64,000 nt of DNA, taken from contig OZ244999.1 in NCBI GenBank assembly GCA_965223265.1, positions 5,024,001 through 5,088,000 on the forward strand. The letters run 5' to 3'. Position 1 is the first letter of the stretch; each line of letters begins with the position of its first letter. The stretch comes from Planctomycetota bacterium (lineage in GTDB: Bacteria; Planctomycetota; UBA8108; SXIK01). Below the pieces are notes generated by a model that did no database searches, was not told the origin of the DNA, and saw only the letters and a program-made list of their open reading frames with translations. The translations under genes were made by a program, and so were the position numbers. Below, one piece after another: positions 18,440 through 28,530 of the stretch.

Positions 18440-20173
18440 TCAGGCGTGACCGAGCGCTTCCTCCTGGCGAGCGGCCTCGCCCTCCAGCTTTCTTGTCTGC
18501 GGCAAGTAGTCTTCCTCGACGACCGGCGAATTGAACTCATAAGGGCCACGGTAGACCGTCGGCACGGGATCGAAGTTCACATGTGCGGGCGGTGACGGCG
18601 TCTGCCATTCGAGGCTGTTGGCCTTCCACGGGTTGGAATCGGCAACCTTTCCCTTCTTCATGCTCCAGAAGAGATTGATCAGAAAGATAATCTGAGCCAG
18701 CCCAAGACCAACCGCCGACACCGTCATGAACACGTTCCACGACTGCATGTGAGCCCACGTCGTGGTCGTACCTGGTTCGACCGCATAGGCGGCGTAGCGG
18801 CGGGGCAAGCCAGCGGCGCCGACGATGTGCATGGGAAAGAATGTACAATTGAACGCGATGAAGGAGAGGAAGAAGTGTACCTTCCCCATCGTTTCGTTCA
18901 TGAAACGCCCGAACATCTTCGGGAACCAATAATAGGTCCCCGCAAAGACCCCCATGAGCGTACCACCGAAGAGCACGTAGTGGATGTGCGCGACGATGTA
19001 GTAGGTGTCATGAATCTGAATGTCGACGGGTGTGGCGGCCATGAAGATGCCACTCAAGCCGCCGATGACGAACATGGAGACGAACGCCAAGCCAAACAGC
19101 ATCGCCGACGTGAACATGATGTTGCCGCCCCAAAGCGTACCGAGCCAGTTGAACGTCTTCACGGCGGACGGCAGTGCGATCAGCATGGTGCCGATCATGA
19201 ACGTCGTGCCGAGCTTTGGGTTCATGCCGCTCTGGAACATGTGATGGCCCCAGACGATGAAACCGAGCCCGGCGATGCCCGCCATGGAATAGGCCATGGC
19301 GCGATAGCCGAAAACGGCGCGGCGCGCGAAAGTAGCCAGGACGTCGCTCGCCATCCCCATCGCCGGCAGGATCATGATGTAGACCGCCGGGTGGGAGTAA
19401 AACCAAAACAGGTGCTGCCAGAGGAGCGGCTGGCCGTCGTGCGTGAAGAAGGTCGTGCCGAGGTGACGATCGAGGAGGAGCAGGATCAGCGCCGAGGTCA
19501 ACACCGGCGTGCCGAAAAGAATCAAAATCGATGTAATGAACACGGACCAGGTCGTCAGAGGCATGCGAAAGAAGGTCATGCCCGGCGCACGCATCTTGAT
19601 GATCGTCGTGATGTAGTTGACGGCTCCCATGATGGAGGACGTTCCGACGATGATCAGGCTGATGCACCAGCACGTCTGCCCGGCTGAAGCGATGGTGCTG
19701 AGCGGCGGATACGATGTCCAGCCGCCCGCCGCCGGGCCGCCGTCGAGAAAGAAGCCGAGGAACATGATGATGCCCGCCGGCGGCATGATCCAGTACGACA
19801 GCCCGTTCATGAACGGAAATGCCATGTCAGCGGCACCGATCTGCAGCGGCACCACGAAGTTGCCGAAGGCGCCGACGAGGAACGGAATGATCGCGAAAAA
19901 GATCATCACCGTCGCGTGCATGGTGAAGAGTTCCGCGTAGGTCTGTCCGGTCACCTCGCCGAGTAGCGGCACTTCTCTGTCCGGCCAGGCGATACGGTAG
20001 CGCACCGCCAGCGCGAACAGACCGCCGATGATCAACATGACGACCGCGGTGAAAAAAAACTGCAGACCGATCGTCTTGTGGTCACGGCTGAAGATGTACC
20101 TGCCGATGAGGCCCGGCTCTGGATGCGCGTGGCTCGCGTGGGTCGCGGCTTCGCCGGTGGTCGTCGTACTCAT
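18440..20173 (-). CDS. coxA: Cytochrome c oxidase subunit I (A2-type)
   Basis: DHKTIG, MHAT, WFYSHPAVY, WGHHM, HDTYYIVAHIHY and PRRY. Confidence 0.97.
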   Translation of the reverse strand: MSTTTTGEAATHASHAHPEPGLIGRYIFSRDHKTIGLQFFFTAVVMLIIGGLFALAVRYRIAWPDREVPLLGEVTGQTYAELFTMHATVMIFFAIIPFLVGAFGNFVVPLQIGAADMAFPFMNGLSYWIMPPAGIIMFLGFFLDGGPAAGGWTSYPPLSTIASAGQTCWCISLIIVGTSSIMGAVNYITTIIKMRAPGMTFFRMPLTTWSVFITSILILFGTPVLTSALILLLLDRHLGTTFFTHDGQPLLWQHLFWFYSHPAVYIMILPAMGMASDVLATFARRAVFGYRAMAYSMAGIAGLGFIVWGHHMFQSGMNPKLGTTFMIGTMLIALPSAVKTFNWLGTLWGGNIMFTSAMLFGLAFVSMFVIGGLSGIFMAATPVDIQIHDTYYIVAHIHYVLFGGTLMGVFAGTYYWFPKMFGRFMNETMGKVHFFLSFIAFNCTFFPMHIVGAAGLPRRYAAYAVEPGTTTTWAHMQSWNVFMTVSAVGLGLAQIIFLINLFWSMKKGKVADSNPWKANSLEWQTPSPPAHVNFDPVPTVYRGPYEFNSPVVEEDYLPQTRKLEGEAARQEEALGHA

Positions 20174-20274
20174 CTCGTCTCTCGTTGACTCTCGCTCATG
20201 AGGATGGTGTCCGCTCAGGGGCGAACACCGCCGAAAGTGGAATTCTTTGTTGGATCGTTGCTTAGGGTTCGCGC

Positions 20275-21273
20275 TCAGTCACCCGGAGTGACCGGAGCCG
20301 GTCGGCGCGGGGCGCGCACCGTTCGCTTGTCGACGCCCTCAAAGGTCGCTCTGTGCTGTCGCCAGTCGTAGCCGAGTTGCTGCTGGAGCTCCTCGTTCGT
20401 CATGACGACCAGGTCCGCACGCATGGTGTAGTGGCCTTGGCCGCAGAGCTCGGCACAGGCGATTTCGTAGGTGCCGGTCTTCGTCGCCTCGAACCAGATG
20501 TAGCCCGGATAGTACGGCACGAGATCCTGCTTCACGCGCAGGTTCGGCGCAAAGAAGCTGTGCAGCACCGCCGCCGTCTCCCGGCCGCTCTCCTGGTCGT
20601 ACTTGGAGAGCGAGTTGATCTGCAGCAGGACCTTCGTGTTCACCGGTACGTGCAGGTTTGCTAACACCTTGTCGGCGCTGGGATTCGCGAGTCCGACCGG
20701 ATTGAAGCCAGGAAACTGATCCTGGAGCCGCGTCGGCTCGAACTTTCCGTCTGTCCCCGGATAAACAAAGTGCCAGTTGAACTGCTCGCCGAAGACACGG
20801 TTGACGAACACTTCTTCGGTCTTGGGATCCGGAAACTCCTGCTTGATGCGAATCCACGTGTCGCGCTGCACGAAGGCCAAGAAGATTAAGATGACCGCGG
20901 TCGCCAAGGTCCAGAACACTTCGAGCTTGTGGCTGCCGTGGGTGTAGACGGCTTTGCGGCCCTCGCGGTAGCGATACTTAACCATGAAGATTGCCATCAG
21001 CGCCAAGACGCCGATGAGGGTGATCGTGGTGATCACCAGGATCAGGTTGAAGAGCCAGTCGACATCACCGCCGTAGGTGGAGATGTTCTCGGGCAGCATC
21101 GACAGGGACGCGGCCGGTTCGCTGACGGCGTCAGCACCGGCAGCGTCTTGCGCGGACGCCGGTAGCGCCCAAGCACCCGCGACCGCCAAGAAGCCGGCGA
21201 CGAGGGGGCCGCGCCACAGCCGCACGGCATGAAATGGGTTCTCTCTTACGACGGACACGATGAATCGTCTCAC
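20275..21273 (-). CDS. coxB: Cytochrome c oxidase subunit II
   Basis: HGSHKLEVFWT, HSFF and the CuA motif CAELCGQGHYTM. Confidence 0.94.
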   Translation of the reverse strand: MRRFIVSVVRENPFHAVRLWRGPLVAGFLAVAGAWALPASAQDAAGADAVSEPAASLSMLPENISTYGGDVDWLFNLILVITTITLIGVLALMAIFMVKYRYREGRKAVYTHGSHKLEVFWTLATAVILIFLAFVQRDTWIRIKQEFPDPKTEEVFVNRVFGEQFNWHFVYPGTDGKFEPTRLQDQFPGFNPVGLANPSADKVLANLHVPVNTKVLLQINSLSKYDQESGRETAAVLHSFFAPNLRVKQDLVPYYPGYIWFEATKTGTYEIACAELCGQGHYTMRADLVVMTNEELQQQLGYDWRQHRATFEGVDKRTVRAPRRPAPVTPGD

Positions 21274-21309
21274 TCTTCGTTGTTCGTTAGTTGAATGAAG
21301 CCGGGCGGC

Positions 21310-22155
21310 TCAGAAGCTCACTTCACCAATGTCAGCGGCGGCACCAGCGGCGACCTCGACCTCAACGTCCTCGGGCTTCTTGAGTCCCGGTGCCGTTTCG
21401 TGCCAAAAAGAGATCGTGTACTTACCCGGCGGGACACCTTTGATCTCGAACTTGCCGTTCGAATCGGTCACAGCATAGCACGGGTGATCGACAACACAAG
21501 CCCAGGACTGCATCCAGGAGTGATAGTCACACTTGAAGGCATTCTTGCCTGTCTTCTTGAACCACTTCTTCTTGGTCAGAGGCTGGCCGGCGTTGACTCC
21601 TTCGTTGAACGGGCGTCCCGATTCGACCTTGACGTTGTGCGGAAAGGCGTCGCTGTTCTTGATCAAAATGTCTTGATTGACGCGGACCCCGAAGACGTGC
21701 GGCAAATAGACGCACCCCTTTTGGTCGATCGTCACCTGGCCAGACGGTGCAGGAACCTCGTAGGCCTCGTGAAGTCCCTTCGTCACCTCGACGAAGACGT
21801 CGCGCAGACCGCCGCCCTCCCCCTTGACGATCAGCTCCAGCTTCGGCGTTCCCTGCGGGTGCAGGTGCGCGCATTCCGCCTTGGCCGACATGTCGTAGTT
21901 TTGCATTGGCGGCACGTTGGCGGGCGCCTTCACGGTGCCGGTGATACTGCCGGTTTCGCTCGGCCAGGGCTTCTTGCTGACTGGCGGGGGTGTGTCGCCA
22001 CCGTCGCCACCGTCGCCGCCGTTTACAATAAGCTTCTCACTCTTCTTCTCACTCTTCTTCTCACACCCAGTCCCCACAACCAAAAACGAAGCAAAAGCCA
22101 GCATCGCGGCAAGTTGAAGCGCTGCTCGGAGTCTCATGATTTGTTCCTTTCTCAC
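21310..22155 (-). CDS. Lipoprotein with cupredoxin-like and carboxypeptidase-regulatory-like domains
   Basis: Lipobox VGTG-C; IDQKGCVY, PHNV and CDYHSWM; HPCYAVTDSNGKFEIKGVPPGKY. Confidence 0.8.
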   Translation of the reverse strand: MRKEQIMRLRAALQLAAMLAFASFLVVGTGCEKKSEKKSEKLIVNGGDGGDGGDTPPPVSKKPWPSETGSITGTVKAPANVPPMQNYDMSAKAECAHLHPQGTPKLELIVKGEGGGLRDVFVEVTKGLHEAYEVPAPSGQVTIDQKGCVYLPHVFGVRVNQDILIKNSDAFPHNVKVESGRPFNEGVNAGQPLTKKKWFKKTGKNAFKCDYHSWMQSWACVVDHPCYAVTDSNGKFEIKGVPPGKYTISFWHETAPGLKKPEDVEVEVAAGAAADIGEVSF

Positions 22156-22259
22156 CTCGGGAGTTGCGTTCCCCGAGGGCTACAGTGAGTGAGTTTTGAT
22201 GGTGTCTTTGAAATCTGTTCTAAGAATCTCGCGGCCGTCCCAGCGACAAACTTCGAGGC

Positions 22260-23702
22260 TCAACTGAGCGCCTCGAGCACGCGCCAGGCCGTGCGCTCGG
22301 CATCGACGACACAGTCGTTGACGCCGACGCCGCGGTAGGCGTTGCCGGTGAGGCAAAGCCCAGGGATCTCGGCGCAGCGCGCGTCGATGCGCCTGAGTCG
22401 CGCGAGGTGCCCAACGTTGTACTGTGGGATGCCAAGAACGTGTCGGTAGACCCGCGTCACCGTCGGTTCGCCGCCGAGGCCAAGTAGCGGCCCGGCGTCA
22501 CTGGTGACGAGGTCGATCAATTCATCTGCGGTCTTGCCGACGGCCTCGGGGTCATGCGCGCCGCCGATCATGGAGCGAAGGCTGACGCTGCCTTCCGGAG
22601 CGTGATCGGGAAAAACGCTCGAAACCCAAATCGTTCCGAGGGTGCGCACGCCGCTGGCGCGCGGCGCCAAGAAACCAAAACCTTCGAGAGGGTGCCCCAC
22701 GTCCTCGCGGCGATAGCCAAGGCAGACGACGGCAATCGAAGCGTACGGAATCGCCTCAAGATCGCCGGCCAGCTCGGGCGCCACGCCAGCGACCAGAGAC
22801 CCGGCCTGACGTGCCGGGGTGGCCAGCACGAGCGCCCGCGCTGAGAACTCTCGGCCGCTCACGGCGCGCACGCGGAATCGAGGCGCTTCCGCGCCGGCGA
22901 GAGAGCTCTCGCCCGTAACGGTCACCGACTCGAGTGGCGAGTCCAGGATCAGCCGATCACCGAGCCCTTTCGCGAGCGCCTCCACCAGCTCGCCCATGCC
23001 GGAGCGAAACGAATAGAGCGTGCGCTCTCGGCGTTTCAGCTCGCCGTCCATGCCAGTGTCGCCACCCTTTTGCGCTCGACGGGCTCGCCCGCGTTCGCGG
23101 GCTTTGGCGAACATGCCGCGCACCAGGCTTCCGTGCTCGCGCTCGAGCGCCGCCAGACGCGGAAAGGCCGCTGCGACACTCAGGCGCTCGACGTCGCCGC
23201 CGAAGATGCCGGTGACGAGCGGGTCGAGAACGTTGCGCACGACTTCAGGCCCGAAACGGCGCGATCCGAAGGCCGCCACGGTTTCTTCGCTCGTGTCATC
23301 AGCATCGAATGAAGGCGCCGCACGGAACGGCTCCGAAAGCGCACGCAGGCGGCCGCGGAGCGACACGATGGGCGTTCGCAGCAGCCCCAGCGGCGAGCTC
23401 GGCAGGGCGCAGAGTTGACCGCCGGCGAGCACGAAGCGCTTTTTGGCGGCCGCATCGGCCACGACGAGTCGGTCGTCGAGGCCAAGTTCGCTGACGAGCG
23501 TGAAGGTTTCAGGGACGGTGCCTAAGAACCCGTTCGGCCCCCACTCGAATGTGAAACCGTCAACGTGGTCGCTGCGGATGTTTCCACCCGCGCGCGCCGC
23601 GCCTTCGACGACGGTGACGTCAAGGTCCGGCGACGCCGCGAGGAGACGGTGCGCCGTCACTAGACCACTCACCCCGCCGCCGACGATCAACACACTACTC
23701 AT
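22260..23702 (-). CDS. hemY: Protoporphyrinogen/coproporphyrinogen III oxidase (HemY family)
   Basis: IVGGGVSG FAD motif, EWGPNGF, GIFGGD, IPQYNVGH and GVGVNDCV. Confidence 0.92.
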   Translation of the reverse strand: MSSVLIVGGGVSGLVTAHRLLAASPDLDVTVVEGAARAGGNIRSDHVDGFTFEWGPNGFLGTVPETFTLVSELGLDDRLVVADAAAKKRFVLAGGQLCALPSSPLGLLRTPIVSLRGRLRALSEPFRAAPSFDADDTSEETVAAFGSRRFGPEVVRNVLDPLVTGIFGGDVERLSVAAAFPRLAALEREHGSLVRGMFAKARERGRARRAQKGGDTGMDGELKRRERTLYSFRSGMGELVEALAKGLGDRLILDSPLESVTVTGESSLAGAEAPRFRVRAVSGREFSARALVLATPARQAGSLVAGVAPELAGDLEAIPYASIAVVCLGYRREDVGHPLEGFGFLAPRASGVRTLGTIWVSSVFPDHAPEGSVSLRSMIGGAHDPEAVGKTADELIDLVTSDAGPLLGLGGEPTVTRVYRHVLGIPQYNVGHLARLRRIDARCAEIPGLCLTGNAYRGVGVNDCVVDAERTAWRVLEALS

Positions 23703-23875
23703 GAAGGTCCAGAAGACTCTCATCAAGGAGACCGACTACTAAGATTCGGACGAAATCGAAGGGAACTAGCGCGGCGAACCACAATCGCTCCGCGCTTCGC
23801 TGGCTCATTCGACGCGTGGCGACGGTCGCGATCGCCCGGCTTCACCGGCACAAGTCCGCGACCAATCGTGCGCCA

Positions 23876-26800
23876 TCAATTCTCATCTTCTTTCGCAGCG
23901 TTGAAGGCGTGCATGTGCATGAGGTAACGAATCAACGCGTCGATTTTCTCTTTGTTCTCCGCCGACGGGAACTCCACCTCCCCTGGCTTCGCCATCGCAT
24001 CCCGCGTGCTGAAAAAGTTCGGCATCTTGGTGCCTGGCATGAAGTCCGGCGGGCTACCGAGCCAGTCGCCGACCCAATCGGGCCGCAGCCGCTCCGCAGC
24101 GAGGGCCAAGTCCGGTCCCCATGTGTCCTTTTCCCAACGTTTGCCCACCGCCCACTTGGCGCCGGCCGGTACGTTTTCCTCCGCCCACGCCTTGGCGGCC
24201 GCGACACTCTCAAATCCTTCCTGATGGCGGAATTCGCCGTTCTCGGACCAGACGACGTAGTCGGAGCTATCCGGAATGCTGAACTTGAACTGCTGCCAAT
24301 CGAACGCCTCCGCCGGTTCAAAGGTGGGGTAAATCGGCAACACGTCGCCCGACGGATGGCAGCCGTTACAACTCAGCCCGCCCGGCACCTTGTCCGACTT
24401 AGCAAAGAGCTCGTAGCCCCTCTGCACCGCCGCCGCGTCGTCACGGTCGGCATCGAAAACCTCGCCGTCAAAAGGCAACCCGGAGCGCACCTTGAACCAG
24501 CGCACGATCTTGCGCGAGTCTTCGGGTGAGAGGTGGAAAGAGGGCATCTTCACCTTGAGCCACGGCCGGATCGTGTCGACGTCGAGAAGGAAATCGAAGA
24601 GCCACCGGCTCCGCACGCGCTCGCCCTGGCGCACGAGAGGCGGCGGTGCGTAGGCGCGCTGCGTCACGTCAGTGCCAAAGTAGAAACGAATCTCGCCTTC
24701 GTGGTAGCCCGCTACCGGCAGCCTCTGCGAGTGCAGCGCATGCTTCGGCACACCCCGGGCCTCCGCGTCACGGATCGCCAGCTCAACCACCGAAATCGGC
24801 TCGTCGTCCGAGTCATCATCGTCGTCGAGGCTCATCGTCGAGTGATCGTAGACCTCCTTATTGAGGAGCGTGCCGAACGGCAGCTTCAGGCCGCTCGCAC
24901 CGGCTTTCGCCTTCGCGCTCAGCGTCACCTCACGGTTGAGCCACGTCTCCTTCTCGAGCTCGAACATGGCGACGACGTCTTCGCGATCCTCGTAGAGACT
25001 GAACGTCGGCAATTCATCGAGCGGCACGAACTGGTCCTCGGCGCCGATGCGGTGGCACCCTTGGCAGTTGAGCTTCTCAATGATGCGAGCGCCCTCTTCG
25101 AGAATCTTGGCGTCACCAGTCAGCTTCCGCTTCTTCGCCGGCTGCACAGGATCGTTGACCAACCCAACGATGAACGTGGCAACAGCCTCGACCTGGTCCG
25201 GATCGTCGTGAAACGCGAACAGCGGCATCTTGAGGAGCTCTTCCGGAGTCTTTTGCACCAGCTGCCGCGTCACGGCATACGTGTAGACGTCATCGTCGAC
25301 CTCTTGCTCCGCCGGGATCACGTCGAAGCGGCGCGTGTCGCTCAGCTTCGCTTCGATCCAGGCGTAACGGTTGCCGTGAGGAATCGCTTCGCGGCCCGAA
25401 TGCTGATGTCCCCAAAGGCCGTAGTCGAGGCGATCGGGAAGCTTGCTGCCCCAGCCGTTGAGCTCAGCGCCAATGCGCTGGGCTGCGTCCATGGAACCCT
25501 TGATGTCGATCGCCACTTCTTCGCCTGTGAAGTCGAACTGCGCGTCGCTAATACCGTCGTGGCAGGCGAAGCAGCCGTAACGACGAATGAGTCGCTGCCC
25601 GGCGAAGAGGAGCTTCTGTTCTGCGCTCATCTTCTCCAGTTTCTGGTTCGCTCTGGTGCGCCCGACGGCGGACTCACTCTTGAGGTAGTTGTGGACGAGG
25701 TCGTCGAGCTGCGCGGTCGACTCGGCGTTCATCGAGAAAGGCGGTAATGCCGCGAAGCCTGGATCCTTCAGCGCCATCAAGTAAGCCACGAGATCGGCGA
25801 CCTTCTGGTCGCCTCCCGGGTCGTCCTCGAGCCTGAGCCGCGGCATGATGGTGTTCGGGTCATGCGCGCGCGGGTTCACGATCCAGTCAGCCAGCCACGC
25901 GGCACTGGTGATCTTCGAGCCGAGACCGCTAAGATCAGGCGCCCGGGTGTTGTGAATCCAGCGATTCTGAATCGCGGTGATCGCCTGCTTGACCGCAGCG
26001 ACGTCAGCGCCGGCCTTCTCGATCTCGAGGGTGGGCATGATCACACGGCGGTGCTGTTCGACGACTTTCTCGCCGACCGGAAGTCGCTCGTAAAACTCAA
26101 CAAGGTCGAGAAGCGCGGCGAGCGCTTTCGTCGCTAAGCTCTTCTGGTCGGGAGCATCATGGACCGAAGCGCGCTCTGCTTCCGCTTTCTCCGCCAGGAC
26201 GCGTTCGGTCGTCGGGAATTCCGCACCGAGCCCGACCAGCTGCTCCTTCGCGGCGTCGACGAGCGCCATCAGGCTCTCCTCGGTGCCGCCAAGCTCGGGC
26301 GTCATGCTCTCGGACTTGACGCTGTGGCAGCCAAGGCAGCCGCTAGTGCGAAACACCTCACGGCCGGCTTTCGGGTCTCCCTGCAGCGCGGGATCGAGCT
26401 GATAGGTGAGAGCCAGCGGCAGGCTCGTCTCGGCAATGTATGTAGCGATGGCGAAAGCTTCGACCGTATTGCGTGAGTGGAAGTCGATCGACTCGAGCTG
26501 GCCGCCGCTGCGCTGCACGAGCATTTCGCCGCCACCTGCTGCGGCAGGATCCGCCGCATCGTAGTGGCCACCACTGTTGGTCAGGTCAAAGAATCGCGGC
26601 ATGCGCGCCGACGGTCGAAACTGCTGCGGATTGCGGATCTGCTGATAGACAAACTTGGCATCGGTCTTGGCGGTGAGGTGGGCGAGATGCGGGCCGACCT
26701 TCGGCTCCGCCTCAAAGTTCTCGATCTTGTGGCAACCGAAACAACCGTAGGTCTTGACGAGCTCGTAGCCGCGGTTCCAATTGCCGCCACCTTCGAGGCG

Positions 26801-28522
26801 ATGCTCCTCTGAGTGGCACTTGCCGCAGCTCGAGGTGACGTACTTACTCTCGAACATCGGCCAGTCTTGGTGGTGCATCTTGTGCCAGTGGTACTTCTCC
26901 TCCCATTCCTCGCGCTGTGCTTCGCTGTTCGGCGTGTGGGAGGCGCGCGTGAAGTCGGTTGCGTGACCGTCGCCGGCGTGACAAACCGTGCAGCCGAATT
27001 CGCCGTACGGATGCGGACTCGCGCTGCCGACAAAAAGATCGAGCCGTGGGTGACTGGCGTAAACGGAGCCCCAGTCGTCGCTCTGGAAGTCAACGACTTC
27101 GGGGGCCGGGTTGTCGATGTTGATGTGGCAAGTTTGGCAACGATCGATGCGCGGCATCGTCAGCAGCTGCAGGTCCTCGTGAAGATCTGGGGTCACCACC
27201 TTCTGAATCGTATAGCTCGGCGCCAACATGTCGAGGATCGGCAAATTGCGCGTGACGTTAGCAAAATTCGTTGCGACGAGATTGAACCGCTGGCGTACCT
27301 GCTTGACTTCGAAGTCGAGCGCCGCCAGTTCGGTCTCGAGGTCGGCCAGTGAGCGGCCATCCGCACCGGTGAGCTCGGTGCGCTGTTTCGCGACCACGGC
27401 CGCCGCCGCGTCGGCCGCGTTTTTCAACTCTTCAACGCGGCGCTGGTCCGCTTCGATTTTGATGGACCATTGTTCCGCGAACTGCCTGTCGGTGCGCCGG
27501 ATCGCCTCTTCCCCCTTGGGGGTCTCACGGTGTTTGTCGAGGATACTTCGTTTCTCCTCCTCGAACTTAAAACGCTCAGCGACGGCCTTGCCGCGGTCGA
27601 CCTTGAGCTGCTTTTCGGCGAGCGAGAACGCGGTTGTCTTTTCAACCAACTCCCTCTTGAGGTCAGCGTAGTCGGAATTCGACGTCTCGAGCGCCTCTTC
27701 CGTGTCCGCGAGGAGCGCTTCGAAACGGTCGAGCCCGCTTCCTGACGCGGAAGCGAGAATGTCCGCGGCCGAGTCAGGTGCAATGGATGCGAGAATGCTC
27801 TCGAGTTTTGGCTCAAGGTCGCCGAGGGTTTTCTGGACGCTCGCCTCAGCTTCGACGAGTTCCGCCCCGTACTTCTTCTCGAGCTCGCCCTCCCAGTTCG
27901 ACTGGATCTGCTTCCACGGACGGTTGTAGTCCTTCCACATGATCGCCACGGTGTAGACGAGAAGAAGGATGCTCAAGATGAAGAAGGCGACGTTCAGCGA
28001 CGTCACCTTGTAGAGAGTCGTCTCGCTGTCGGGCTCGTCGAAGAGGTGCGAACCCGCAGAGGCGCCGATCGTCGATCCGGTGAGCGTTTCGACCGTGCGC
28101 ACAGAATCTCTCTCCGGGTCGATCTCCGGCGCTTTCGCCGCCGGCGCTGCTGACGCGGCTGCCTTCTTGGCTGCCGCCGGCTTCGGCTTCGCGGCTTTCG
28201 CCGCAGCAGGTTTGGCCGCCGCTGGCTTCGCCGCGGCCGCCGGCTTTTTCGCCGCCGCCGGCGCGCTCTTCTTGGGAGCGGCTGCGCTCGCCGTGGGTGC
28301 ACCGCCGCCGGCGCCGCACGTGAAGTACCCGCGCGTCGGCGCCCAGACTTTGGAACCGCCGCCGGTCGCCGCAGCGGGAGCTGCTGCAGCGGCCGTTGGT
28401 TCGGCACTCGCGGCTTCTTCGCTACTCGCATCCGACGCTGGCGCGGCGGACTCAGCAGGCGCGGAACCTCCCGCGCCGATTTCGAAGTAGCCGCGTGTTG
28501 GACACCAAAGTCGGTCTGCCAT
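23876..28522 (-). CDS. Large membrane-anchored octaheme cytochrome c of the Rieske/cytochrome b complex
   Basis: Eight CxxCH motifs (CQTCH, CTVCH, CGKCH, CFGCH, CLGCH, CFACH, CQGCH, CNGCH), one TM helix, a coiled coil and MP distal-Met motifs. Confidence 0.9.
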   Translation of the reverse strand: MADRLWCPTRGYFEIGAGGSAPAESAAPASDASSEEAASAEPTAAAAAPAAATGGGSKVWAPTRGYFTCGAGGGAPTASAAAPKKSAPAAAKKPAAAAKPAAAKPAAAKAAKPKPAAAKKAAASAAPAAKAPEIDPERDSVRTVETLTGSTIGASAGSHLFDEPDSETTLYKVTSLNVAFFILSILLLVYTVAIMWKDYNRPWKQIQSNWEGELEKKYGAELVEAEASVQKTLGDLEPKLESILASIAPDSAADILASASGSGLDRFEALLADTEEALETSNSDYADLKRELVEKTTAFSLAEKQLKVDRGKAVAERFKFEEEKRSILDKHRETPKGEEAIRRTDRQFAEQWSIKIEADQRRVEELKNAADAAAAVVAKQRTELTGADGRSLADLETELAALDFEVKQVRQRFNLVATNFANVTRNLPILDMLAPSYTIQKVVTPDLHEDLQLLTMPRIDRCQTCHINIDNPAPEVVDFQSDDWGSVYASHPRLDLFVGSASPHPYGEFGCTVCHAGDGHATDFTRASHTPNSEAQREEWEEKYHWHKMHHQDWPMFESKYVTSSCGKCHSEEHRLEGGGNWNRGYELVKTYGCFGCHKIENFEAEPKVGPHLAHLTAKTDAKFVYQQIRNPQQFRPSARMPRFFDLTNSGGHYDAADPAAAGGGEMLVQRSGGQLESIDFHSRNTVEAFAIATYIAETSLPLALTYQLDPALQGDPKAGREVFRTSGCLGCHSVKSESMTPELGGTEESLMALVDAAKEQLVGLGAEFPTTERVLAEKAEAERASVHDAPDQKSLATKALAALLDLVEFYERLPVGEKVVEQHRRVIMPTLEIEKAGADVAAVKQAITAIQNRWIHNTRAPDLSGLGSKITSAAWLADWIVNPRAHDPNTIMPRLRLEDDPGGDQKVADLVAYLMALKDPGFAALPPFSMNAESTAQLDDLVHNYLKSESAVGRTRANQKLEKMSAEQKLLFAGQRLIRRYGCFACHDGISDAQFDFTGEEVAIDIKGSMDAAQRIGAELNGWGSKLPDRLDYGLWGHQHSGREAIPHGNRYAWIEAKLSDTRRFDVIPAEQEVDDDVYTYAVTRQLVQKTPEELLKMPLFAFHDDPDQVEAVATFIVGLVNDPVQPAKKRKLTGDAKILEEGARIIEKLNCQGCHRIGAEDQFVPLDELPTFSLYEDREDVVAMFELEKETWLNREVTLSAKAKAGASGLKLPFGTLLNKEVYDHSTMSLDDDDDSDDEPISVVELAIRDAEARGVPKHALHSQRLPVAGYHEGEIRFYFGTDVTQRAYAPPPLVRQGERVRSRWLFDFLLDVDTIRPWLKVKMPSFHLSPEDSRKIVRWFKVRSGLPFDGEVFDADRDDAAAVQRGYELFAKSDKVPGGLSCNGCHPSGDVLPIYPTFEPAEAFDWQQFKFSIPDSSDYVVWSENGEFRHQEGFESVAAAKAWAEENVPAGAKWAVGKRWEKDTWGPDLALAAERLRPDWVGDWLGSPPDFMPGTKMPNFFSTRDAMAKPGEVEFPSAENKEKIDALIRYLMHMHAFNAAKEDEN

Positions 28523-28530
28523 GAGGACTC

